From assembly GCA_965203835.1 (NCBI GenBank), contig OZ241919.1, positions 59,471-123,470 of the forward strand: a stretch of DNA of 64,000 nucleotides, written 5' to 3'. Within the stretch, counting starts at the first letter, position 1; each line of letters starts with the position of its first letter. Position numbers and translations under genes: made by a program. Below the pieces are notes generated by a model. That model saw only the letters and a program-made list of their open reading frames with translations. It was not told where the DNA came from and ran no database searches. This stretch comes from Dehalococcoidia bacterium (GTDB lineage: Bacteria; Chloroflexota; Dehalococcoidia; Lucifugimonadales; UBA3495). Below are positions 1-9,641 of this stretch, piece by piece.

Positions 1-1
1 T

Positions 2-739
2 CCACACGGGCTTCTTCCGGGCATTGCGGGCCATTTCCGGCGACGCCACGATAACCGCTCCTCCGCCGTCGGAGACCATGCAGCACTCCAACAGGTGCAG
101 CGGATGGGCGATTACGCGCGACTCCAGCACGTCGTCCACGGTGATCTCGCGCACCCCTACGAACTCCAGGTCAGTCATGGCCTTGACCGCCTCAGGGTTG
201 CGCATGGCGTGGCGGCGCGTGGCCACTGATATCGCGGCGAACTGCTCGTCGGTGGTGCCGTACTGGTGCTTGTGCCGGGTCTTGACCATTGCGTAGTTGC
301 CGATGAGGGTCAGCCCCCAAGGGTCTTCCATATTGGTGAAGAAGTTGGCCGGCACCGTTCCCGTAGCACCGGCGGTGCCGATGGCCCTCCGGTCCGTGTG
401 GGACATGGAGCCATAGGTAATCAACGCCACGTTGCACTTGCCCGCTTCGATCATCCTGCGGGCGTGGTTGGCGTGGAACTCAAATGAAGACCCGCCGACC
501 GACGTGTTGTCGATGATGGAAGGTTTGAAGCCGAAGTACTCGGATATGCCAAGGCCGCCGATGCCCTGGTCGCTGCCGGTGTCGTATACGGCGTCCACGT
601 CCTTCCAAGTGAACCCGGCGTCTTCCAAAGCCTTGGCGGCAGACGCGGCCTTGATCTGAAGCGCGTTGGTCGTCGGTCCGGCGACCCGCAACGGGTACTC
701 ATGAATGCCGACTATCGCGGCAGTCCTTTCCTGAGCCAT
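2..739 (-). CDS. thiolase-like protein (SCP-x / acetyl-CoA acetyltransferase family); 3' end lies outside the window
   Basis: Own reverse-strand translation from ATG at 739: MAQERTAAIVGIHEYPLRVAGPTTNALQIKAASAAKALEDAGF...LLECCMVSDGGGAVIVASPEMARNARKKPVW. The first ~180 nt were checked triplet by triplet and the rest was read through with no stop. It is absent from the ORF track because it runs off the window edge. Sequence is thiolase-like. Confidence 0.7.
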   Translation of the reverse strand, partial: MAQERTAAIVGIHEYPLRVAGPTTNALQIKAASAAKALEDAGFTWKDVDAVYDTGSDQGIGGLGISEYFGFKPSIIDNTSVGGSSFEFHANHARRMIEAGKCNVALITYGSMSHTDRRAIGTAGATGTVPANFFTNMEDPWGLTLIGNYAMVKTRHKHQYGTTDEQFAAISVATRRHAMRNPEAVKAMTDLEFVGVREITVDDVLESRVIAHPLHLLECCMVSDGGGAVIVASPEMARNARKKPVW

Positions 740-857
740 GCTTTACTCCTGTTCCTGTAATGCGTTCCCGGGTATCTCCTGCTTTCGCACTCTCCTGAGT
801 GGAGAAAGCGGCTGGTGATAGTTTGACTTTTCCATCCCGGACAACTAGATTGTTCCA

Positions 858-1406
858 ATGCGCATCGGCCTTCTATCCGATACCCACTTGCCAAATGCTA
901 TAAGGGACCTCGATGGACTGGGACCGGAACCCGCCCGGTTCTTCTCAACGGTAGACCTGATTTTACACGGCGGAGACCTGACCTCTCCAATTGTGCTGGA
1001 CTGGCTGGAACAGTTCGCGCCGGTCATCGCCGCTGACGGCAACAACGATTCCTCGCCGGACCCTCGCTCCAAGGAAGTGCAGGTACTGGACGCCGAGGGC
1101 TGGAAGATCGGCATGGTCCACAACCTGGACCGCCAGTTCCGGCCGGTTTCCGAGTTGCAGGAAACCTTCCCGGAGAGAGTGGACATCATGGTTTCCGGCC
1201 ACACTCATCAAGAGCGGTTGGAGTTTCGGGAAGGAGTCCTCCTGCTCAACAGCGGCAGCATTACCTTTCCCCGCCATAAAGAGTTGCGCTTGGGCACCGT
1301 GGGCCTGCTGGAATTGGCGCCGGGCACGCTTCACGCCGAGATAATCCTGCTTGGAGAAACTCCCGGACGCCCCAATCCCTGCGTTCCACTGAGCCTGGAC
1401 CTCTGA
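858..1406 (+). CDS. metallophosphoesterase (YfcE/MJ0936-like)
   Basis: 182 aa with MRIGLLSDTHLP, ILHGGDL and SGHTHQ, the calcineurin-fold metal-binding motifs. Confidence 0.8.
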   Translation: MRIGLLSDTHLPNAIRDLDGLGPEPARFFSTVDLILHGGDLTSPIVLDWLEQFAPVIAADGNNDSSPDPRSKEVQVLDAEGWKIGMVHNLDRQFRPVSELQETFPERVDIMVSGHTHQERLEFREGVLLLNSGSITFPRHKELRLGTVGLLELAPGTLHAEIILLGETPGRPNPCVPLSLDL

Positions 1407-1591
1407 CACGCCCTTAGTCGCTCATCACACCCAAGGACGGCGTTTGGGATAGCGCTTGTCCAATTGGGCCATTCAAGGCCCGTAGCATGATACCCAGCCA
1501 CCTATGACTTTGGCAAGAAGCGCCGTAAGCCGTAGTAGAGTGGCGATTTATGTTACTGGTGTGTGAATAAAATCTAAAGAAACTCCGGTTA

Positions 1592-2170
1592 ATGGTGAAC
1601 CTGCGGAAACTTTCCACGGCATTCTGGCTCAATTTCAGCGTCAAGACGGCTTTGATTTGCCTGTTGGCGTTCGGAGCCTTCTCGGGACTGCAACAATTCG
1701 AAGGCAAAGCCTTCCTGTGGCGGCTGGCCACATACCCGATTGCGGCCTTCGTAGTCCCAATTGTCTGGGCAGCCCTTGGCCGAAGAACTGCCTACCCATA
1801 CCTCGCCGACGTTCTGCTGACCCTGCCTTTCCTCGTAGACACTGCCGGCAACGCCCTCGACCTTTATGACACCATCTGGTGGTGGGACGATGCCAATCAC
1901 TTCGTCAATTGGGCGTTGCTCTCAGGCGCCATCGGCGCGCTGGCTTGGCGGAACCGCATCGGACAGTGGGAGACAATAGCGCTCGTTGTGGGATTCGGGG
2001 CCGTCACGGCCATCTTGTGGGAAATCGCCGAGTACTTCGCCTTTATCCGCAACTCGCCCGAACTTGCCACCGCCTACGCCGATACGCTGGGCGATCTGGC
2101 CCTCGGACTGGCCGGCTCCGTCGCGGCCGGTCTGGTTGCTGCCTTCGCGCCGCGTCGCTGTCAAGTTTAA
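1592..2170 (+). CDS. hypothetical integral membrane protein
   Basis: 192 aa with several hydrophobic helices (ALICLLAFGAF, YPIAAFVVPIVWAAL, ALVVGFGAVTAILW). I did not recognise a family. Confidence 0.5.
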   Translation: MVNLRKLSTAFWLNFSVKTALICLLAFGAFSGLQQFEGKAFLWRLATYPIAAFVVPIVWAALGRRTAYPYLADVLLTLPFLVDTAGNALDLYDTIWWWDDANHFVNWALLSGAIGALAWRNRIGQWETIALVVGFGAVTAILWEIAEYFAFIRNSPELATAYADTLGDLALGLAGSVAAGLVAAFAPRRCQV

Positions 2171-2329
2171 AGAAGACCTCAAAGCCTTGCGCATTACCCA
2201 GCCAGTCATTCCCGTGACTGTACACCTGCTACGGTTTAAGGGTTAATATTACAATAGTGGATGGGGTTGAACTCGGATGGATCACCGAGTTAGACAGATG
2301 GCTTCCGATGGACATGCAGGAGTCAGACA

Positions 2330-3220
2330 GTGATGCGACTTCCAACTTTTGCCTATGGCAAGGACTTTACACACATACCGGAGCATGTGAGGGAAGACTT
2401 AGACACCCTTACCCGAGAGTGTGCAATCTACACTGATCATTGGATTGAAGAAGTTGGCGACTTTCGACACATAAGGGTTGATTTCACCCCTGAAGAACGG
2501 GACGAATATTTCCGACGCTCTTGGGCATATGAGCTTTTTATACGGGCTGGCCATCCAACATGGGCTAGTGAGACGCCTAACATCGATCAGGATATCGCAA
2601 AAGACGCTGATACGTATTCGCCACTCCTGCGAGACGGCACCATAATTCCACCGCCTTATCACTGTTTCGCCGCATTCTTGGGCAGCCATTTAGAGATGTT
2701 GATTTGTTCCAATTCCGGTAGGGAGGTTGTAATTCAACTGGAGGGAAGAGAAGCAAAGCTTTTCGAAGTCAGGCGTGCTATCCAAACCCTTACGCCTACT
2801 ATCCGATCCTTTGAACGCCGGGAACAAGGACTAAGCCCATGGACAATTACTTGTGAAGACGATGTCCGAGACCTGTTGTTCGTAATGCTCCGTCCAGTCA
2901 TCTTCGATATAACCAGGGAAGAACCTGTACCGTCAAAGGCAGGTACTCATAAGTTTGCAGACCTTTGCAGTAAGGCCGTTCCATTTCTGATCGAATTGAA
3001 ATGGATTGGCAGGAAAGGAACTTGGAAAAGAAAGATAGAAGAGATTTATGTGGACATACAAACCTATGCCCGGCACCCGGCTTGTCAAAACCTCTTCTTC
3101 GTCATAGTAGATTCGATCAAGGATATCCCGGACCCGCGGCAAATCGAGGAAGAATTATCTGGCCTCCAGACAATCGACGGTTTAGATGTCAATGTTCGGG
3201 CATTCGTCTGCGAACCATAG
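2330..3220 (+). CDS. hypothetical protein with PD-(D/E)XK nuclease-like C-terminal region
   Basis: 296 aa in an AT-richer stretch. C-terminal segment EDDVRDLLFVML...FADLCSKAVPFLIELKWIGRKG has the helix-E, D and ExK spacing of the restriction-endonuclease fold. N-terminal half was not recognised. GTG 2330 / ATG 2333 lies after GGAG at 2319. Confidence 0.45.
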   Translation: MMRLPTFAYGKDFTHIPEHVREDLDTLTRECAIYTDHWIEEVGDFRHIRVDFTPEERDEYFRRSWAYELFIRAGHPTWASETPNIDQDIAKDADTYSPLLRDGTIIPPPYHCFAAFLGSHLEMLICSNSGREVVIQLEGREAKLFEVRRAIQTLTPTIRSFERREQGLSPWTITCEDDVRDLLFVMLRPVIFDITREEPVPSKAGTHKFADLCSKAVPFLIELKWIGRKGTWKRKIEEIYVDIQTYARHPACQNLFFVIVDSIKDIPDPRQIEEELSGLQTIDGLDVNVRAFVCEP

Positions 3221-3348
3221 GTGGTCTCGTTGAGTACTTGTGCTTGCACCGCATGTTATTGATTACCCGGACTTGTACTCCGCCAACGGATTCTAGGTAG
3301 ATACTGGGAGAAGCACCACTCTGCAACGTCTTAGCAGATTAGTTCACT

Positions 3349-3915
3349 TTGGTTATTGCGATTACAACCATCTTAGATTCTTTAGTCCCCTTGATAGATG
3401 CCTTAGCATGGCCTCTGGTGGCAATAGCGGTGGCGCTAATATTCCGAAAACCTCTTGCCGCTCTGATTCCTCTAATAGAGAGGATCAAGTTCCCAGGAGG
3501 GGAGGTCAATTTAAGGGAGCGGTTAGAGGAGACCAGATCCCAAGCAGAACGTTCATTGCCTCTTCGTGATCCTCCGCCGGTTGACGAACGTATCCAGGAC
3601 GTCGCCGACACTTACCCTCGTGGTGCTGTGATTGAATCTTGGCTTCTCATTGAGACAGAGTTGAACGATTTGGCAGAAGGTTTAGATGTTCCCATATCCC
3701 CATCCCAGAGGAGATCAGCTAGACGGGTGGCGCAAGCATTAGCAAGGGCAGGTGTATTGGACGACTCGTTAGCAGGGATAGTTAACGACCTACATACCAT
3801 CAGAAACAGCGTAGTACATTCAATTAACACCTCACCTAGCAGGTATGAGGCTCGGGATTATGCTACAACGGCAGCTCGGGTTGTGGCTGCCATTCGAGAA
3901 ACCCGCGAGAGATAA
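3349..3915 (+). CDS. membrane-anchored HEPN-like (DUF4145-like) protein
   Basis: 188 aa. N-terminal hydrophobic helices (VIAITTILDSLVPLIDALAWPLVAIAVALIF). C-terminal helical domain ends in LHTIRNSVVH, an Rx4H HEPN-type motif as in DUF4145. TTG start as called by the ORF track. Confidence 0.45.
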   Translation: MVIAITTILDSLVPLIDALAWPLVAIAVALIFRKPLAALIPLIERIKFPGGEVNLRERLEETRSQAERSLPLRDPPPVDERIQDVADTYPRGAVIESWLLIETELNDLAEGLDVPISPSQRRSARRVAQALARAGVLDDSLAGIVNDLHTIRNSVVHSINTSPSRYEARDYATTAARVVAAIRETRER

Positions 3916-4111
3916 TTGTTCAACATATTCAATAACTCCGTGGAATAACAACGACGGTGTATGAAAGTCGGAGATATATACTTCTGCACGAAATCAGCCT
4001 GTCGACACTCCTTTATGAAAACCTATAGTTGTGATACAAGGTGCGCGTGTTAGAATACCCGCTATCTAACATTGGTGCCCCACCGCAACACGCTTAACTG
4101 AGGTGCGTTTC

Positions 4112-5245
4112 ATGGCAGGCGAAATCGTAATCTCGTCGGACTCACATGTTTTCGAACCACCCGACTTGTGGACCCAGAGGATAGACCCAAAGTTCAAGGA
4201 CCGCGGTCCCCGTATGGTGAGAATCGGAGACGTGGACCAACTGGTTATCGAGAAAGACCAGGTTATATCCGGCATCGGGCTTATATCCAACGCCGGAGCC
4301 CGGTTCGAAGCGCCGGAGACTATCTCGGCGCAAGGCAGGTTTGAAGACGTCCACATCGGCGGCTACGACCCCGAACAGCACCTGAAGGATATGGTCATCG
4401 ATGGGGTTTCGGGCGAGGTGCTGTACCCTTCCCAAGGGCTGTTTTACTTCAAGATCGCCGACCCGCCCCTGATGTCCGCGGTGTTCAAGGCGTACAACGA
4501 TTGGCTGGCCGACTTCTGCCAAGCCGATCCCCTCAGGCTCAAGGGTCTTGCCATGATCAACCTGGACGACGTTCAGGAGGGAATCAAGGAACTGGAGCGC
4601 ACCGCCAAAATGGGCTTGGTGGGAGGAATGATCACCGAGTACCCCGCTGAGGACCGCCGGTACTTCGGTGAGGAGTACGAACCCTTCTGGGCGGCGGCGC
4701 AGGACCTGAACATGCCGTTGAGCCTCCACACCGCCACCACCAGGGAGGGCCGGAACAGAAGCCTCGGAAACAGCACCCTCCGTGATGCCAGCCGCCGCGC
4801 CAACAAGGTGTTCTGGCCGTCCACATCGTTGTGCGACATGATTTTCTCCGGCGTGTTCGAGCGGTATCCCAAGCTTCAGGTGGCGATAGTGGAGTTCGAG
4901 TTGGCTTGGGCGCCGCACCTGTTGGGCACCATGGACTACACCTACCAGGAGCGCCACGAGGAGGCCAGCTACAGATTCAAGGGTGACGCCCTGCCCAGCG
5001 ATTTTTTCCATAGCAACGTGTACCTGAGTTTCCAGGAAGACGCCATAGGTATCCGGCTGCGGGACATCATCGGTGTTGACAGCCTCATGTGGGGATCGGA
5101 CTACCCGCACTCCGAGTCCACCTTCCCCAAGTCACGGGAAATCCTTGACGACATCCTCACTGGAGTCCCCCAGGACGAGAAGGCCAAAATCGTTGGCGGC
5201 AACGCAGCCAAGTTGTACGGATTCGACCTGGAAAGGATTGCCTAA
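4112..5245 (+). CDS. amidohydrolase-2 family protein (ACMSD-like metal-dependent hydrolase/decarboxylase)
   Basis: ISSDSHVFEPPDLW near the N-terminus and ...WGSDYPHSE near the C-terminus. I chose ATG 4112 (GAGG 8 nt upstream) over the track's GTG 4103. Confidence 0.8.
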   Translation: MAGEIVISSDSHVFEPPDLWTQRIDPKFKDRGPRMVRIGDVDQLVIEKDQVISGIGLISNAGARFEAPETISAQGRFEDVHIGGYDPEQHLKDMVIDGVSGEVLYPSQGLFYFKIADPPLMSAVFKAYNDWLADFCQADPLRLKGLAMINLDDVQEGIKELERTAKMGLVGGMITEYPAEDRRYFGEEYEPFWAAAQDLNMPLSLHTATTREGRNRSLGNSTLRDASRRANKVFWPSTSLCDMIFSGVFERYPKLQVAIVEFELAWAPHLLGTMDYTYQERHEEASYRFKGDALPSDFFHSNVYLSFQEDAIGIRLRDIIGVDSLMWGSDYPHSESTFPKSREILDDILTGVPQDEKAKIVGGNAAKLYGFDLERIA

Positions 5246-5300
5246 GAAACAGCGGTCCCGGTTGCAACCCATCTCAACCTGATGAAACGGGAGGAGAGCC

Positions 5301-6752
5301 ATGCTGGACATGATAATCAAGGGAGGAACCGTGGTAACCCCGTCGGGAGTGGGCGAGTGGGACATCGGCGTTCAGGACAGCAGAATCGCCGCAATTGCAT
5401 TGCCGGGGCATCTTCCTGACGAAGGGGTCACCATTGTCGACGCCACAGGCAGAATCGTGGTGCCGGGAGGAATCGAACCCCACGCCCACGCCGCCGCCAA
5501 CGTTCAGCCGGGTGCACGGGAACTGGTGCCTGGAACGCCCAACCCCGGCCCGGCTCTTCACTCGCTGGGGGCTATCTGGGGCGGCACGACGACGGTAGTA
5601 GACTTCGCTCCAGTGCCGAACGAGGGAGACTTGGTCAAGGGCATCCACGACTTCATCAACCCTTGGCGGGGCAACGCCTACACCGACTATTCCACCCACT
5701 GCATATACAAGAACGACAGCACGCCCGACGCCATTTCCCGTTACGGCGAACTGATCGACGCGGGCTTCCCCAGCGTCAAAATCTTCACCACCGACATCCG
5801 CCCTCCGGAAGGCCGCGCCAATTCGTTGACCCCTATAGGCAAGATAGACTCGGGGCGGCTGGAACATGTGATGCAGCAGGTCGCCAAACATGACGGCGTG
5901 CTGGCAGTCCACGGCGAAGACGACGAGTTGGTGATGTACAACTACCTGCTGGCCCAAGAACGGGGCCACTGGGACTGGTACAACGTCCACCTCATTCACT
6001 CCAAGACGGTGGAGGACCTGGCCTTCCGCAGCGTGGTGCGGTTGGCCGAACGCACCGGCGTGGGGCTGTACTTCGTCCACGTCACCGCTCAGGACGGGCT
6101 TGACGTAATATCCGAGGCCCGCAGCCGGGGTCTGCCGGTCTACGGCGAGGTATTGACGCTGGCCCTCTCCTTCAACTGCGACCGGTACCGGGAACCGGAC
6201 GGAATGAAGTACCACACCTACCCGTCCCTGAAATACGAGGATGACCGAGTGGGCCTCTGGGACGGCCTCATGCGGTCCGATCTGGCCTTCACCGCCACCG
6301 ACAGCAGCTTCACCACCTATCTGGACAAGATTGCAGGCCGCAACGTGGTGGACGTGCGCGGCGGCAACATCGGCATCGAGATACGCATGGGCGTCAACTA
6401 CACCGAGGCGGTAGTGAAGAAGGGCATGTCCCTGGAACACTACGCCGACGTTACTTCGAGCAACGCCGCCAAGATGCTGGGAATGTATCCCAGGAAAGGC
6501 GCCATCGCCGTCGGCAGCGACGCCGACTTCGCCATCATCGACCCATCCATAAAGAAGCCCCTGACCATGGACGACCTTCACGTCCCGGACTACTCCCCGT
6601 GGGAGGGTTGGGATATAGAAGGGTGGCCCACTACGGTCATCCTGCGCGGCAAGATTATGGTGGACGGAGGGCAACTTTTCGCCACCGGCGACGACGGGCA
6701 GTTGGTGCCTCGCAGGATCAACCCGCGGGTGCTGTCGAGGCCGGCGTTCTAA
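5301..6752 (+). CDS. dihydropyrimidinase/hydantoinase-like cyclic amidohydrolase
   Basis: 483 aa. IIKGGTVVTP...VDATGRIVVPGGIEPHAHAA, FPSVKIFT (candidate carboxylated-Lys position), AVHGEDDE. GGGAGGAG RBS precedes the ATG. Confidence 0.8.
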   Translation: MLDMIIKGGTVVTPSGVGEWDIGVQDSRIAAIALPGHLPDEGVTIVDATGRIVVPGGIEPHAHAAANVQPGARELVPGTPNPGPALHSLGAIWGGTTTVVDFAPVPNEGDLVKGIHDFINPWRGNAYTDYSTHCIYKNDSTPDAISRYGELIDAGFPSVKIFTTDIRPPEGRANSLTPIGKIDSGRLEHVMQQVAKHDGVLAVHGEDDELVMYNYLLAQERGHWDWYNVHLIHSKTVEDLAFRSVVRLAERTGVGLYFVHVTAQDGLDVISEARSRGLPVYGEVLTLALSFNCDRYREPDGMKYHTYPSLKYEDDRVGLWDGLMRSDLAFTATDSSFTTYLDKIAGRNVVDVRGGNIGIEIRMGVNYTEAVVKKGMSLEHYADVTSSNAAKMLGMYPRKGAIAVGSDADFAIIDPSIKKPLTMDDLHVPDYSPWEGWDIEGWPTTVILRGKIMVDGGQLFATGDDGQLVPRRINPRVLSRPAF

Positions 6753-6867
6753 CCCCTGAACGTCATCCGTCAATGAAGACGCCCTGGCCAAACTAGGAAG
6801 GCCGGGGCGTTGGTAATATCAGGAGTGGAGTTAGAGAGGTCTAATCGCCTGCCGCTTTTCGTTCAGC

Positions 6868-7227
6868 TTATCTAATGTAATCGCCAACTCTACGAATCTC
6901 CGACATAACCGTAGATGGTTTCCCCAACCGTCCGGCATAAAAATACTGGCCGTGCAACAGGCCTTGATGAATGAAATATGCGTTTCTCAAGTCTACCAAC
7001 CGGAAATCATCGTCTGCTAGGTCAACCAATCCAGAACTTACTTCCGGCGACCGTTCCGGCAATACGTCGGTCCGGGCCAGCACCAGTGCAGTAGTCGCCC
7101 TGTTTACCGCGCCCCAAGCTTTCTCGGCTGCGTCTCGAAGGTCTCCACTTTCCAGCATCTTCAAGGCGGACTCGTGCAAACTCCTAGCGTCGTTGAACAA
7201 ATTACTGACATCCTGCGCTACAACCAT
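6868..7227 (-). CDS. PaREP1-like helical protein
   Basis: 119 aa. LESGDLRDAAEKAWGAVNRA...LLHGQYFYAG resembles the archaeal PaREP1 signature (QASEKAWGA...LHxNFYE). AT-richer than its neighbours. Confidence 0.55.
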   Translation of the reverse strand: MVVAQDVSNLFNDARSLHESALKMLESGDLRDAAEKAWGAVNRATTALVLARTDVLPERSPEVSSGLVDLADDDFRLVDLRNAYFIHQGLLHGQYFYAGRLGKPSTVMSEIRRVGDYIR

Positions 7228-7390
7228 TCTATCCCATCGCTCCTAGTCTGCATCAGCGGAAAAGGATGCTCATCTTTACTCTGTCGATCTGGTACTCATC
7301 AGAACATGACTATAATACACGAAACGGCCTCTATCCCCATACCGATCACGTAGCAATGGACTTCCTACTTTTCCGTTTTGAGGTGCAATT

Positions 7391-8986
7391 ATGGCTAAAG
7401 CAACCATCGCGGTATTCTCCGGGCCAACCTCCACCATCGCCAACTCACCCACCCTGGTTACCGGCAACAAGGGGCGGTTGCCCGGCGAGCGGATGCTGGA
7501 AGGTCGCTACGACCACTTGGCGTCCCAAGTATTGCATGAGCCGGTGGTAGTCAGGATTCGCAAGTTTACCGGCCACCCGATGGAAGAGGACGCCAAGTCC
7601 GTCTATCACGACGACGGCAAAGAATACTACGAGGTGGAGTTGCGGCCCGAGGACGGCCCCTACCCCCTGCCTTACGTGGCGAGGCGGGCCGACGGCTCGG
7701 CCACCGGGGCGCCCTTCGAGGAAAGCGATCTCTCAGATCCTACCACCGGATTCGGTGGACGGCAGTTCTTCTATCCCGATGCGTCTCGCATCTTTACCGA
7801 CATCGACAGGACTATTCCGGGCCGGGATGAAGACGGGGAGGGCAGCATCTTGGACCGGATGGCCAACTACGAGTTCATCCGGGCCCTGCCTCCGGCGGGA
7901 TTTGCCGCCAAGGGGGAGGTGGCCGGCAGAGACTACTTCGCCTACAAGCCATACGGGCTTGCGACGCGGCCCCGCTATTCCGACTTGGCCCGCGTAACCA
8001 ATACGGTGCAGAAAGCATTGGCGACCGGCAGCTATGCCGGCGGCATCTGGCTGGAGGGCAGTCCCACGGTGGAGGAGACCACCTACTGGCTGAGCCTGCT
8101 GATAGACACCGACCTCCCCATCGCGGGCATCGCGTCCCAGCGCACCCACGGACAACTGGCCAACGACGGCGACAGGAACATCGTGGACGCGGTCGGATAC
8201 ATACTGTCCGGTCAGGGCGTTGGGCTGGGAGCAGTCGGGGTGCAGGACGAGCGCATCTATGCGGCGAGGGAGTTCAAGAAGGCCGACGACCGCCCCGGCA
8301 ATTACAAGGCCACCGGCGGGCACGGCGGCATCCTGGGCACGGTGGGGCCGCCGGTCACCGTCTGGTACCGTCCGGCTTACAACCGCGCCTCCACGTCCGA
8401 CGTGAACCTGAACCGGCTGCACGAAGAGCTGGTGTTCCCCAACGCCGTTGGTGACGCCAATCTCACCGCAGTCCGGGTCAAGGACTCGGACGGCGGCCTG
8501 CTCTCATCCGCCATTCCCCGGGTCCACATCGTAAAGTATGGCGCATATATGAGCGAAGACGACCCCCACGACCCGGACAACGAAGTTGACATAATGGCGC
8601 GGATACAAAAGGCCCACGATGACCAAGCAAGGCCGAACGGGGAAGCTCCCCAACTGCACGGTTTCGTACTGGAGGGAACATCTCCCTACGGCATGGGGTC
8701 GTCTTCCCAACACGCCGCGTTGACCATCGCCGCATTCAGCGGGATGCCGACGGTCCGGGTAGGCCGTGCCGACCCCGGCGGACGCGTTCCCTCCGACAAC
8801 CGGGGAGGATTCAGCATTGCGGGCAGCAACCTTGACGCCAACAAAGCACGGCTCTTGCTGATGGCCGCGATGTTGAAGCTGGGCCGTCTGCCCAAAGCGA
8901 AGGACCCCAGAAACCCCACCAAGGACGAGCGGAATGCCGTTATGACCAAGCTGGAGCAGTACCAGGAGATTATTGAGAACCACTGA
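7391..8986 (+). CDS. asparaginase-family protein, atypical
   Basis: 531 aa. IAVFSGPTSTIANS aligns with the ILATGGTIAG motif. WLEGSPTVEETTYWLSLL aligns with HGTDTMEETAYFL. DLPIAGIASQR aligns with PVVxxGAMRP. It is longer than classical enzymes and has substitutions in the catalytic motifs. Confidence 0.6.
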   Translation: MAKATIAVFSGPTSTIANSPTLVTGNKGRLPGERMLEGRYDHLASQVLHEPVVVRIRKFTGHPMEEDAKSVYHDDGKEYYEVELRPEDGPYPLPYVARRADGSATGAPFEESDLSDPTTGFGGRQFFYPDASRIFTDIDRTIPGRDEDGEGSILDRMANYEFIRALPPAGFAAKGEVAGRDYFAYKPYGLATRPRYSDLARVTNTVQKALATGSYAGGIWLEGSPTVEETTYWLSLLIDTDLPIAGIASQRTHGQLANDGDRNIVDAVGYILSGQGVGLGAVGVQDERIYAAREFKKADDRPGNYKATGGHGGILGTVGPPVTVWYRPAYNRASTSDVNLNRLHEELVFPNAVGDANLTAVRVKDSDGGLLSSAIPRVHIVKYGAYMSEDDPHDPDNEVDIMARIQKAHDDQARPNGEAPQLHGFVLEGTSPYGMGSSSQHAALTIAAFSGMPTVRVGRADPGGRVPSDNRGGFSIAGSNLDANKARLLLMAAMLKLGRLPKAKDPRNPTKDERNAVMTKLEQYQEIIENH

Positions 8987-9044
8987 CAGAGGGCAGGAAG
9001 AGTCGGCCGGTCAGGAGTGATAAAATGCGACGCATGGAGGATAC

Positions 9045-9554
9045 ATGACCACACCGCTGTCTGACCTTGGTAGTGCCGGCCCGAATGACCATACGGAGAT
9101 AAGCCGAAGGTTCTTGCGGCAGGCTAAACAAGAACTTAACGAAGGTGACCAACTGCAAGCCTCGGAAAAGACGTGGGGGGCATTGGCCCACGCCCTGAAA
9201 GCGATAGCCCAATCGCGCGGTTAGAGGCACCAGGGCCACAATCACGTGATAGCCATTGGTTATCAAATCGCCAGAGAGAGCAGCCGTAGCGACATTGAAC
9301 TGGCTACCAATCACGCGAATCTACTTCATCAAAATTTCTACGAGAATTTCGCCGGAACTCGCGTAATCCAAGGTGGCATAGACCTTGTGGAATCACTGCT
9401 GCCGGAATTGGACGCCATACGGTCCGCAACTCCCCAACCCTTCACAATAGAAGATACGGACGACAGGGGATACCTGCGGTTGCTGACGGGCGACCGCACC
9501 TTACAGATCGGCGATTCATCGCCCGTGGGGTTTTCCATGTTGCACTCCCCTTAA
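9045..9554 (+). pseudogene. PaREP1-like gene interrupted by an in-frame TAG (9222-9224)
   Basis: ATG 9045 gives ...DQLQASEKTWGALAHALKAIAQSRG-TAG-RHQGHNHVIAIGYQ...ANLLHQNFYENF. The track ORF 9246..9554 is in the same frame (201 nt = 67 codons from 9045). Both halves together make one PaREP1-like protein. Confidence 0.6.
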
Positions 9555-9577
9555 CAACGAAACATCAGGGCATAAAA

Positions 9578-9608
9578 AGGGGGCCTTCTCTTGCGGAGAA
9601 GGCCCCCT
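9578..9608. terminator. bidirectional intrinsic terminator hairpin
   Basis: Perfect 13-bp stem AGGGGGCCTTCTC / GAGAAGGCCCCCT with a 5-nt loop. TTTTTA follows on the minus strand (after the amidohydrolase stop at 9642) and CGTTTTG follows on the plus strand. Confidence 0.65.
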
Positions 9609-9641
9609 CGTTTTGCCCAGGACTCATGCGGGAGTGGGCGA

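Noticed and set aside
2203-2220. Hairpin CAGTCATTCCCGTGACTG at the left edge of the low-GC islet, sharing GTCATTCCCG with the REP-like element. Considered as a sixth copy or an attachment site.
   Set aside because: Only the 10-nt left flank matches. The stem is formed by different bases and the GCGGGAATCCA arm is missing. I found no matching direct repeat at the right edge of the islet.
6789-6820. An 11-bp-stem hairpin (ACGCCCTGGCC...GGCCGGGGCGT) between the convergent hydantoinase-like and PaREP1-like genes, considered as a terminator.
   Set aside because: There is no U-run on either side. It may still be a structure-only terminator, but the evidence is too thin to list as a feature.
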